Positions 13,986-25,580 of a DNA stretch of 64,000 nucleotides are shown here, piece by piece (positions within the stretch are counted from its first letter, which is position 1; every line of letters begins with the position of its first letter). The notes under the pieces were generated by a model. That model saw only the letters and a list, made by a program, of their open reading frames with translations, was not told where the DNA came from and searched no databases. The position numbers were made by a program, and so were the translations under genes. Source of the stretch: the human T2T-CHM13v2.0 reference genome, Homo sapiens; assembly GCF_009914755.1 (NCBI RefSeq), contig NC_060938.1, one strand, 5' to 3'.

Positions 13986-16724
13986 AGTAAATATATCCCC
14001 AGTAAATACAGAAATCAATATGATAGATTTCTAGAAATGCAATTTCTGGGTCTCAGGACATACATATTTTAAGGCTTTTAAAACATATATGTAAGGTAAG
14101 TTATTATAATGTTAAGTTTTTGAAAAGCAGTAAATAAAATTTTATATGCAATGTTATCATAACTATGAAAAACAATGCACAGAAGAAAAATGGAAGGAAA
14201 CTCATCAAAATGTTAAGAGTTACCATTTCTGAAGGACAATTCATGGGTGACTTTTTTCCTTCTATTTTTTTTAAATTTTCTATAGTGAGTTGTTACTTTA
14301 TAAGAACAAATTAAATAACCATAGCTTTGCTTTTGGTGTTATATGTGTTGTTCTACCTCACAGTTGGTTCTGTTCTTGAAAGCAAACCTAAGAAAAAGAA
14401 TTTTCATGATTAAATGGCACTCTTTATCCTCTATCAATCTTAGAAAGGAAATTAGGGTCACAGGTAATCTGCCTTCCTAAAACGAGCGTGGTAACTTGTT
14501 TGATCTAACTCCTGGCGCTAATAAGGAGTATTGTAGATTTACCTGTCTGATATTTCCTGACTGAGGACAAGAGAACTGTTGTGCTCTTGCATCCATTTGC
14601 AAAGTGCTTTTTATTGACTCAGGGTTTTGCAAAGACTTTATCAAATTGTTTCACAAACAATCCTGTGAGGTTGTAGTGAGTTCCACTGAACCTTGGATAC
14701 ACATACACACCTACATGAAAGCAAATGTAGCCGGATAATAATTTGACATATCAACCTCTGTACTTTTTGCCCAGTACTTCCTGATACTCCAGAGCTTTCC
14801 TCAGTTTTAGCAGCAGCTAGGGTGTTCTCTGCTTACTCCCTCAGAGAAAGAACAATATAACAGACCTTGAAGAACACAGGTATCAATTCTTGACTTTCAA
14901 AAGCCTAGGCTTAGAGGAGGCCCAGATGACAGAAAATGAAGAATAGCAAAGTTTCACCACTTCTCCCCCATCTAGTTCCTCAGCCTGTGAAGGAGAGAGG
15001 GTAAAGCTCAAGAGAAGAAGAAGAGCTTAGATGTTAACACAGAGATTTGTTAAAAAAGTGGTCCTGTACTCCCAAATCTCAGAGAAGTTTCAGGGATCTG
15101 ACATCACAGAAAACCTATGCCTCACTTGGGTATAAACAGGGTGAGCAGGAGAAAACAATAGTTCCCTAAGCCTTACACGGTATGGAAAGAGTGAGAATAT
15201 CTCCCATGAATGCAGAAGTAATGAGGACATGGAAAGAAATGACTAGTCATCAAGTTCACTCTTCTGCCAATTCCAACCTGCTGTAAATTTTAATTCTGGA
15301 ATTTCCGTTGGGTTCTTTTTAGAGTTTCCATTTCTCTACTGAGATTCCCTACTTGTCCATTGACAATTTCTCTAATTCTTTGAACATATTTATTAAATTC
15401 AAAATCTGGGCTATCTGGAAGTCGGTTTCTATTGACTACTTTTTTTTTTTTTTTTTGACATTTTGGTGGACTAGTTACCACCTTTAGGAAAAAGGAACTT
15501 CCTGGCAATGCTAGTGTCAGAACTGGATTAAGCAATGACATTCGGGGATGACAATAATCTAATGTCGAAGTAGTTGCTTGAGGTGAAGGAAGGTATTATT
15601 TTGATAGAAACGACACATCATATGTAATGGTTTCCAATCTTCAAGTAAGCATGACAGTTGTAAAACCCTTGTGAAAAGCATAAGAATAGTATCTCCAATC
15701 CTCTTGATTGGCTTCAAACAGCTGGCATGACCTGCCCACTCATTAAAGAGTAGAACTGGAAGAGAATTTAAATCATTAACATCTAAGTCCCCGCCTTCTA
15801 CTAAGTAGGAAGACTATGTCCTCCAATGATGATAATGTTTTTTCTAATCAAAAATCAGCTTCCTTGCATTCTAATATAAAGGTAATACATACTTACAGAA
15901 AAATCAACCAAAACAGACAGGTATAAAGAAGAAAGTACTACTTAATTACTATTAATATTTTGTTGAACATCCTTATAGATGCTGTTCTATGCAAATCCTT
16001 ATGCATATAAATATTGCACTCATACTGTCACCAACAACGGACCCATTTCTCTATGTCTGATTATACTGGGTGTGCGTAATCTTTCCAAACTTTACCAATC
16101 TTTACCATCAGACAAAAAGTAAGACTCAAATTTTTCTGAGTGATTTGGTTCTAGTGCTGAGGATGAGCATCTTGCCATGTACTTCTTTCTGGCTTTTAAT
16201 GGACAGTATGTGCAATATATAGTGGCCTGGAGAATAAATAAGATGGTTTGCTACCATACTCCCAGATATATTGCACTAACTCTGTGTGTCCTTGAGTAAG
16301 CCACTTAACCTTTCAATGCCTCCATTTCTTCACATGCAAATGAAGGATTTGGAATAGGCGTTCTTGAGCTTCTTCTCTAGCTATCAGTAGGGGAGTGATG
16401 GGGAATGCACCATGCAGATCTGCAGTAGGCATCTTTGGGTGACTAACTCAATAGCCATTCCCAGCCCCTCTCCCTTCCCTGCTTCTATTCTAGAAGAGGC
16501 TGGAAAAACCCAACATCCCCTCTGTAGGCCTTTTTTGGAGTTAAGGGATGACAATATGACCAAATTCTGGCTAAAAAGACAGAGGGAAGTCTATCTGGAT
16601 GCTTCTAGAAAGCCTTTTGCTTTCCTGATGGAAGAAACAGGCACAAGAGAGAGCAAGCTCACCAGCACTGTCTCTCCTTTGCCCCTGGCTTCCATGTAGA
16701 CTTGATGCCTAGACCCGTGGGACA

Positions 16725-17621
16725 GTAGCTGGCTTCGTATTGTGTTGGTCCAGCTAAGCAGCATCTGTTACGCAGAATCCTCCCATAGTTCCAGGTTAGC
16801 ATTGGCCACAAGGGAAATATTGCATGAGATCTGGGAGGCAGCAACCAAGCAGCAGCCATGGTTTTTATGCTGTGAAGGACAACACAAGGCGTGAGGAACA
16901 TTGGCAGTTCTCACGCATTGTCGCTGACCTGCTGCCTCACCTTGCTGGCATGGGGCAGCAAGACTCACAGTTCCTCCTGCTCCCACCAGATCTCCTCCTA
17001 TGGCTTCTTCAAGTCCTAAGCCAAGTGCATCTGTAGCTCGGTAAAGGGTGCCAGCATGTTTTGCAGGACACCTGTATTATTGAGGCTGGAGACAGTGAGA
17101 GACACAGGCAGATCCGGTCTGTCCTAAAGGACTTCAGTCATTCATGAATTTCAGTTTGTTCTCACAGATTCCAGTCTGTTCTTGCTATCATCCACATCCA
17201 ACTTTCTGCCCTGACTGAAATCCTGACTGACCTATAGTGACTTCAGACTCAACACTAGAACCGAAGACAACAAACAGCCATGCCAGGACTCCTCCACCAG
17301 GTCTCACATCCTGCAAGGTCTAGGGCAGCACTGTCCAGTAGAACTTTCTGTGATGATGGAAGTGTTTTATTGGGCACCTGAGCTGCCCAATATGATACCC
17401 ACAAGTCACACGTGGCTATTGAGCATTTGAAATGTGCCCAGTGCTGTAGAGGAGCTAAGTTGTTACTCTTATTTAATGTTAATTAATTTAAATTTAAATA
17501 GCCAGATGTGGCTAATGGCTACAATATTGGTCAAGGGAGGCCTAGTGCCTAATAATAAATTCCATGTTTTCTTAATCACTCGTAGTGGCTCTGTTTCTCT
17601 GGTTGAATCCTGACTGATACA
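16725..17621 (+). mobile_element. LTR33-like ERVL LTR interrupted by MER3
   Basis: ggttagcattggccacaagggaaat...gcagcagccat and terminus aataaattcc...tcctgactgataca; similar to the fragment at 49947. Confidence 0.5.
17323..17540. mobile_element. MER3 (hAT-Charlie) DNA element
   Basis: ctgtccagtagaactttctgtgatgatggaa...cacgtggctattgagcatttgaaatgtg...aatttaaatagccagatgtggcta. Confidence 0.85.
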
Positions 17622-18163
17622 GGCAGCAGCTGCTAGCTACATGGGGAGAGCATGGAGACACAAAGCCAGCATTACTAGGAATCACAGGGCTAGAGGAAGA
17701 AGCAGCCTGGCTCCTGGAAGTTCAACCAGCCTACAACCTTTGAACTTCTTAGTAAGAAAAAAAATAGACCCCCAGTGGGCAGTGAACTATCACTGTGTAC
17801 TTCCAATAAACCCTGTCTCTTTTCTTGGTGGCTTCTGCTTCCTGCCGTGAAGTGTAGACCTTGTCTCAAATACCACAGGACACAGATGGTGTTCTTAGGA
17901 CTCAATTTGAAAAAAAAATGTATTTATGCATGCATAGGAATCATAAAATATAAATTTAAACTCGTCTTTTGAACGAGGAAAGTAACATCAATAGAACTAT
18001 GAACAAGAATTAATGTTAGCTTTTTGCCCAAGCAATTCTCCTTTCCTTCATGTTTATCTTTGCTTTCTCTTGAAGAATGACCTAAAGGAAGTAACCCACC
18101 TTCCACAGTCCTTTGAATTCATGGATACATAAATGAACACTATGAACTTTAGACTTTAAGAAG

Positions 18164-18658
18164 TGTATATTAGTCAGGGTTTGCCAGAGAAACAGCCAGT
18201 AGGATGGATATACATAAAGATATTTATTATAAAGTATCAACTCATGCAATTGTGGAGGCTGAGAAGTCCCACAATCTGTCATGTACAAGCTGGAGACCCA
18301 GTAAAGCTGGTGACAAAGTTTGAAAGTCTGGGAGCTGAAGAGCCAGTGGTGTAGATTCCAGTCCTGGTCTGAAGGCCTGAAAACCATAAGTGTCAGCGGC
18401 AGGAGATCAATGTCCCCACTCATGCAGTGAGGCAGAGAGTGAATTTCACCTTCCCCTACTTTTTTAGTCTATTCAAGCCCTAATGGATTGCATGAAGCCC
18501 ACCAACACTGAGAAGGGCATGTGCTTTACTCAGTCCATCAACTCAAACACTAATCTCCTCCAGAAACACTTTCACAGACATACCCCGCCATCATGTTTAA
18601 CCAGCTACCTGGGCATCCCATGGCCTAGTCAAGTCGACACATAAAATTAACCATCACA
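18164..18658 (-). mobile_element. MLT2-family LTR
   Basis: tattagtcaggg...agagaaacag...gaggctgagaagtcccacaatctg...acataaaattaaccatcaca. Confidence 0.85.
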
Positions 18659-18993
18659 TAGTGTTCCCCACATACAATGGCCCCACAAACAGGAACTAAA
18701 CAATTAGCAAAGCTCTATGGCTCAATTCTAGAATTGAGGGTGTTAATCTGTTTTCTGTTAAGGAACTCTAGGCTCTATGTAAACTGAAACTGTATCAAAA
18801 TGCTGACACTAAAATTAGAAATGGGAAGAAGTAGCTTTTAAACCACAAAATTAACTGGGGGTAACTGACAAGCAAGATTAGACTTGCACTTAAAGGAACA
18901 AACGTGATGGTCCAGTTGCTACGTAGCGACAGCAAACTTATCAACTCTCCTACTCAGCAATCTAGCAACAGGGAACACAGCAAACTGCTAAAC

Positions 18994-18996
<3 letters not shown>

Positions 18997-19034
<38 letters not shown>
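18997..19034. repeat. (AC)19 microsatellite
   Basis: Direct read. Confidence 0.97.
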
Positions 19035-19038
<4 letters not shown>

Positions 19039-19413
19039 GTATTCTGTCCAAATGCTGGAAGCAATTAAAAGGAGTAATTTGAACAAGCAATGCTGAGCAG
19101 CACAGTAATTAATAGGATACTGGCCTCCCAAGATTTATAGGGCCCACTCTAGTCTTCCTCTTGTCACATACCTTACCACAGGTGAGACACCCTCAGGGCA
19201 CTATTCACCCAGACCCCATTACCCCTCCATTCTAGACCACCTTCCAGGTACCTGAGATCATGAAATTTCCTGCTCAAATGTTGGTCCCATAACTCGCTTC
19301 CAGGGCTTGATCAGGCATCTTCCCTAGGTCCATCCAATCAAGGGTCATTTGCATGTTTGAGATGCATATTCCCAGGACCAAGGTGGCTTTGGGGAGAGAG
19401 CTTGGTTATCAAC

Positions 19414-19475
19414 AACTATAGTGTCCACATATTGAACTATACTGTCCACATATTGAACTATACTCTCCACATATT
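19414..19475. repeat. 21-bp tandem repeat x3 (AACTATAsTsTCCACATATTG)
   Basis: Units start at 19414, 19435 and 19456; one substitution between successive units. Confidence 0.95.
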
Positions 19476-21267
19476 TCTGTGCAAGACTCCTTGTGGTGCA
19501 AGACTGAGTCAGGGGTTAGGAAGACAAGGGGGCAGGGGCCTGGGGGAGGATCTTCAACTGCACTCTTGCTCTCGTATTCACAAAAACCAGGGGCCGGCCT
19601 GCCACCAGGTACCCATCCAAAGAAAAGCTAGAGACAAATATATAGGAAAGGTTAAATAGTAGGTTTTTGTTGTGAGGGGCCTTATGAAAATTAAAAAGGT
19701 ATAAAAATATTTGGAAAATAAGCACTGTGCAAATTCAGTGAATCTAAAATCCCTTATTTAATAGTAAAACTGCAGTGCAGAATTATGCTATAAATCATAG
19801 TGTTTTCCTATTAAGAAATACTTCTGATTTAAGTTTGATGTTTCCCCATTGCTTGGGGTGAGATGGGGGAATGTTGGAGTAGGGGAATAGTCAGAGATGG
19901 ATGGCAAAGATTGGTAATAAGTTATTACTGACCTGCAGAGTTTACAGCTTGAAAGAAAAACTGTAGGAGTTAAGATCCTCTTTCCTAGGAATCCATGCCA
20001 TGAGAAGTTTAGGGATTGAAGTAGTGCCTGCTGACATGTGAAAACCGGCCTGTAAACTTTGCAAGCGATCCAGTAAATTATGCTTGTTCTAGTGGGAACC
20101 CCCCCCCAACTCCGCATTCCAATCCCCAGGCCAGAATCATCAAAGTTGGCAAAAAATATTCATGGAGAGTAAGCAGGCTGTAGCAAGATAGGCTCTTCAG
20201 CAGGCAATCTTTGCTTCCTCCCACGTTATGACTGTCTTTCTTGCCAGTTCCCTAGGCAGATCAGACCCTTCACTTCCCAGTTGGCCTCCCTTCCCCAAGT
20301 GAATGTGACTTCTTACAGAACACAATTACCTATGTTGTCTGCCAAACTGGATTTTGTTTTGTTTTGTTTTGTGTTAAATATCAGCCCATTTTCACGACTC
20401 TGCAATTATGACAATATGTGGTAGGAAACCATTACTGTCAGCTCCAGTCTGAAACTGGCCACTTACCAATACACTTTGCCAGGAACAAGTCTTTCTGGAT
20501 GGATACTACGTGGTTAACAACATGTAAAGATAAACGGCTAAACAAAATATCAACATTTTCTTACAAGGCTCAGCTTAAGGACAGAACAGTGATGTGCAAT
20601 GGTTTTCATGTTGTATCCACAAACACAATTCTGTACAAGAAACACTCCTCTTTTTTTAATGGTTGCTTAAACAAGTGGTTATCCGTTATGCTGTTGACAT
20701 AGGAAACGGTGAAATGCTAGTAACCGAATCAAAGCGGCAGTGCAACAGGCCGCTCGGTGGTGCGCATTGTGTGGTTTGGTTCCTTGGATGGACACACTTG
20801 CTTTACGCTTCATCCCAATTTTTGTCCCAGCCTCTTAGTGTATCTTCCTGGGAATAGTAAAAACAAAGCAAAACATTCTGGTCTTACTTCAAGCTGCCTT
20901 TGCACTGTTATTCCCTTGTTCCGCTCATTTCACGGGATTGGGTTCTCCTAACTTCATTGTTTGGTGAGTTGCTTTGCTTTGCTCGTTGCCCCGATCTTCT
21001 GTGTATTCTGCGCAGACCCCGCAAGTGCTCCTGCACTCCCTCCCAGCCCTCTGCTGGGGCTTAACGCTTCCCAGCCGAGGTCAGACTGCCGTGCGCTTCG
21101 AGTACCGGACCCCGAGGAAGCGAGAAACGCCGCTCCCGCCGGTCGCGGGCAGCTTCAGTACACCGGCAACACGCGCGCCTCTGCCCAGTGCCGCGCCCAG
21201 CGGGTGCTCAGACTCCTTCTCTCCCTCCCCGCCGGCGCACCCCAGGGACTCGGAACGCCCCCGCGAG

Positions 21268-21365
21268 TGTGACGCGTCCTGCCTCCCCTGCAGCTCGCGG
21301 ACACTCGCACTTGCAAGGCCTGGCCAGCACTCTTGGGCCCGCCCCCCGACAGTGCGGGGGCGGAG
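21268..21365. promoter_or_regulatory. Proximal promoter motifs: half-CRE TGACG (21270) and two oppositely oriented GC boxes (21338-21346, 21356-21365)
   Basis: gtGACGCGTCc; CCCGCCCCC; GGGGGCGGAG. Motif matches only. Confidence 0.55.
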
Positions 21366-21643
21366 ACGACGGCTCCCCTAGGCTCTGGCTCCCGGCCTTG
21401 GCCGGCGCGGGTAGGCGCGGGAGCCTCGAGCGCCGCTCGGATGCAGCAGCCGAGCCGCCACTCGGCGCGCGGCGGGAGACCCAGGGCAAGCCGCCGTCGG
21501 CGCGCTGGGTGCGGGAAGGGGGCTCTGGATTTCGGTCCCTCCCCTTTTTCCTCTGAGTCTCGGAACGCTCCAGCTCTCAGACCCTCTTCCTCCCAGGTAA
21601 AGGCCGGGAGAGGAGGGCGCATCTCTTTTCCAGGCACCCCACC

Positions 21644-22486
21644 ATGGGCAATGCCTCCAATGACTCCCAGTCTGAGGACTGCGAGACGCGACAGTGGCTT
21701 CCCCCAGGCGAAAGCCCAGCCATCAGCTCCGTCATGTTCTCGGCCGGGGTGCTGGGGAACCTCATAGCACTGGCGCTGCTGGCGCGCCGCTGGCGGGGGG
21801 ACGTGGGGTGCAGCGCCGGCCGCAGGAGCTCCCTCTCCTTGTTCCACGTGCTGGTGACCGAGCTGGTGTTCACCGACCTGCTCGGGACCTGCCTCATCAG
21901 CCCAGTGGTACTGGCTTCGTACGCGCGGAACCAGACCCTGGTGGCACTGGCGCCCGAGAGCCGCGCGTGCACCTACTTCGCTTTCGCCATGACCTTCTTC
22001 AGCCTGGCCACGATGCTCATGCTCTTCGCCATGGCCCTGGAGCGCTACCTCTCGATCGGGCACCCCTACTTCTACCAGCGCCGCGTCTCGCGCTCCGGGG
22101 GCCTGGCCGTGCTGCCTGTCATCTATGCAGTCTCCCTGCTCTTCTGCTCGCTGCCGCTGCTGGACTATGGGCAGTACGTCCAGTACTGCCCCGGGACCTG
22201 GTGCTTCATCCGGCACGGGCGGACCGCTTACCTGCAGCTGTACGCCACCCTGCTGCTGCTTCTCATTGTCTCGGTGCTCGCCTGCAACTTCAGTGTCATT
22301 CTCAACCTCATCCGCATGCACCGCCGAAGCCGGAGAAGCCGCTGCGGACCTTCCCTGGGCAGTGGCCGGGGCGGCCCCGGGGCCCGCAGGAGAGGGGAAA
22401 GGGTGTCCATGGCGGAGGAGACGGACCACCTCATTCTCCTGGCTATCATGACCATCACCTTCGCCGTCTGCTCCTTGCCTTTCACG
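21644..22486 (+). CDS. PTGER2: Prostaglandin E2 receptor EP2 subtype, coding exon 1 (aa 1-281, TM1-TM6)
   Basis: ATG in strong Kozak context (accATGG). Translation MGNASNDSQSEDCE... has N-terminal sequons, TM3 ALERY and the prostanoid-receptor ECL2 motif QYCPGTWCF. Ends at donor ACG|GTAAGT (22487); 843 nt, phase 0. Confidence 0.99.
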
Positions 22487-25379
22487 GTAAGTCACTCCCT
22501 ACGTTTCCACAGCCCGGCTCTGCTCAGCCTTCTCATGCTCTCCCCTGACGCCTCCACCCTTTCCACCGCCCTACAAACTTTTTGCAACTTGTAAAAATAT
22601 GTCCTAATTTGTAAAGATCTGTAGCCTTCCCCACTAGTTTCCCCTCCTCTTTAGCCCACTTCCTTATCCTGGCTTATGGGCGTTGCTAGGCTAGAGTTTC
22701 TTATACAATAATACAGACCGTCCGAAAGGGAGTCCTGGGCCTCAGCTAAGCTAGCCAATCTCCTCATCCTAGCCCTGGGCAGTGTCCCTTTCTCGCTGTT
22801 GCCTATCTTGGCTTAGTAATTGAGAAAGAGGCAGCCCCTTCCACCTTAGGATGGCTGTCACTGTTCCAGCCTGACGACCTGGAGCTGCAGTTTGCTGCCC
22901 TGTACCTCTCATCCACTGGTGCTGGTTCTCCATGCTTGCCTTCTGTTCCTGCCAGGGCAAAATGTAGTACCCAACCCATAGCATTCCAGCTGCCATTGAA
23001 AATGGTCCCAGATGAGAAGGGTCCCTGAAGCAGAAGTTTAGAGCATTTGTTATTTGTCCTAAAAGTCCAACAAACATCTAGTTTATAGGTTTCCCAATTT
23101 ATATATTTGAATGTAACTCTTTGTGGCCATGAAAGTTTATAAAACCATAATGATAACTAGAGGAAATACTTGGAGGAACATCTTGCTAAGCATTTGTAAT
23201 ATCTTGCAAAACACGCTCTTAATGTCACTGTCAGAAATACACACAGGTGTCCTTCAGCTTACAGTTATGCACTTGATGAGCACAAAGCCACAGGCAGGAA
23301 TGGCTGGTCCCTCTCAGGAAGGGAAGAGTGGGGCTACCTGGGGAACTGAAGGACAAGAGACCAAGTCCTGGCATCGTGCTGCCTTGATTTGGGGCAACTT
23401 TAGCAGTTATTTGATGCTAACTAACTGCTAAATGATATGAGGCTGTGAGTTCAAGTCTCCTCAAGTGTAACGTTTTAGCTGAGCCTGGAATATGTCCGAG
23501 AATGTGCTGGCCTCTTACGGGGGCTAGGAATTGGGAGTTGTGGCAACTCCACTTCCTAATCTTCAGAAGAGCAAGACTGATGCTGCAGCATCAAAGCAGT
23601 TAATAGTGACTTCCACCTGCCACAATCTTGGAGAAAAGAGATGGGCAGTGCCTACTATTAACAGGTCTGACCTGTAAAAGCTGGAGGAGAAGTAACTTTA
23701 TCCTATCTCCTGCCTCCATTACTGCTTCTTACATCTTCATGTGCTCATCCTCAGGGATGGGAAGGGACACAGGGTCCCAAAGGTCTGAATATGATTCTCT
23801 CCTCCCCAGCCCAGTTAACTCCCTTAGCTACGTTCTCTTCTCCCTGGTCCCCACTGTCCTCACCCTTCTACCCCATCCTCTGTCAGGGCAGAAACTGTTC
23901 TGAATTGGTTACACTTTGAGGGAATGAGATAGAATATTCAAAGACGCCCTCTTATAAAATGAAGTCGGACTGTGGGAGGCTGCATCTCCCATACCACTCT
24001 GAGCAGGGGAGTTTATGCAACAGAAACGCTGTGATGTAGAAACCCACATGGCTTATATGCTTTTGATTTATTTTACTGGTAGGAGCTTTTGATTATGTTA
24101 GGAGCTAAATCAGCTTTTGAAGGTCAGCACTAGGATGCAGAACATATATCTATGAAAGAAAGCATTTCAAGTTCCACCAAACAGCTTTGCATTCAGCTTG
24201 GGGATCAGAAACTATTCCTGAAAGACTGTCTTAGGGTGTTGGGAATTAAGATAATCAGTTCTTAGGGTTTTATCTGTCATTTGTGAGTATATTTATAAAA
24301 ATATCCCCCACTATCAGCTACTTAAATAGCCTGGGAATGGGTTTGGGGTGATAACACACTTGTGAAACGATTTTTAGTCTCTTTCCTACACGAGCAAGAG
24401 GAAAAAGTTCTCCTCTTTGATCATGACTGACCCATTGCATAAACTGTATTTTTTTTAAATAAAGGTAGTGGTTTCCAACAGGTTGCCCTGTTTTCATGTA
24501 AATTGGCCTTTTACCATGAGAATTCCATCGTTGCCTTATGTTTTTGTAAATTCAAATATATGTGTGTGGATATAGATATAGATATTGTTTTCCCTCCCTC
24601 AGTTAATATTAGGCCAAGGGCTGCTCCAGAGTTGCCAGATAGAAGGGGCTTAGCCACAGAAATCTGGCTAAAAGGTGTTGAGGGAGTAGGAGCTTTGCTT
24701 TGAAGCTGTGTTTTTATTTCAATTTCCTGTTTATGGCTTGGGGGGGCCAGATGGAGACTATGAAGGGGCTTTAGCTCCCCCAAACCACCTCTAAGCATTG
24801 ACACTATCAGCAAACTGCTTTTGCTTCTGGCAAAGATTCCCAAAGAGCCGGAGAAAATCCTAGTGTGAACATAATCAGAAAGCCAGCCTCCCTGACTTCC
24901 ATTGTTGGAGCTACCATGACACCATATTCAGATGAACTATACACAAAATGGAAATTGGAAGCATTGTCACCTCTTAATAAGAAAATTTATATTGACCACT
25001 GATGGATTTTATTTTGTCAATAGATTATTGGGAATAATTGCTAGTATCTTTCACTTACATAGCACTTTAAGCTTTATGAAATGCTGTACTATCTTGATTT
25101 AAGTTATTTCTTGAAGGGCTTATCTGAAAATTCAAGCTCATGGCTACTGTTTGGTTCATACATTCTGCTGTTCAGAATCCTTGGCATGTGCCTCCAGGGG
25201 AGGTTGCTTTTTCCTCCAAGTCCTTTTATTCTACTTGGCCCACACTAAAATTGTGGTCAGAAGTGGCCTATACCAATCTCCCACCTGAAGCAGGAATCAT
25301 TTCCACATGTCCTAACAGGGGGCTCTAGAAGCAAAGGTTTATGGTTGCCTTCAGAAATGTTTCTGTTTCTCTAACGGAG

Positions 25380-25580
25380 TGCACATGATCTGATAGAAAT
25401 ACAGTGTGAACCACAAATGCAAGCCACAAACGGAATTTTAAATGTTCTAGTAGTCATATAACAAAAAGTAAAAAGAAACAGAGAAAATTAATTGAATTAC
25501 ATATTTTATTTAACCCAATATATCTAAAATATTATCAATTCAAAATATTAGTTATGTAAAATAATTATTAATAAGCTATT
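25380..25580. mobile_element. MER33-like (hAT-Charlie) fragment
   Basis: aattttaaatgttctagtagtcatat...aaaaagtaaaaagaaacag...atattttatttaacccaatatatctaaaatattatc. Confidence 0.7.

Larger units (their letters stand above)
20990..22560. promoter_or_regulatory. CpG island covering PTGER2 promoter, 5'UTR and exon 1
   Basis: Abrupt high GC and dense CpG against a CpG-depleted background; no TATA box seen. Confidence 0.93.

Noticed and set aside
21155-22495. 446-aa antisense ORF over exon 1
   Set aside because: Codon-aligned with the sense CDS, starts at GTG, and is explained by scarcity of TTA/CTA/TCA codons in a GC-rich exon; no recognisable domain.
21694-22548. 284-aa alternative-frame ORF inside exon 1
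   Set aside because: No ATG anywhere; low-complexity Pro/Arg/Ala/Gly product expected from GC3-rich coding DNA.
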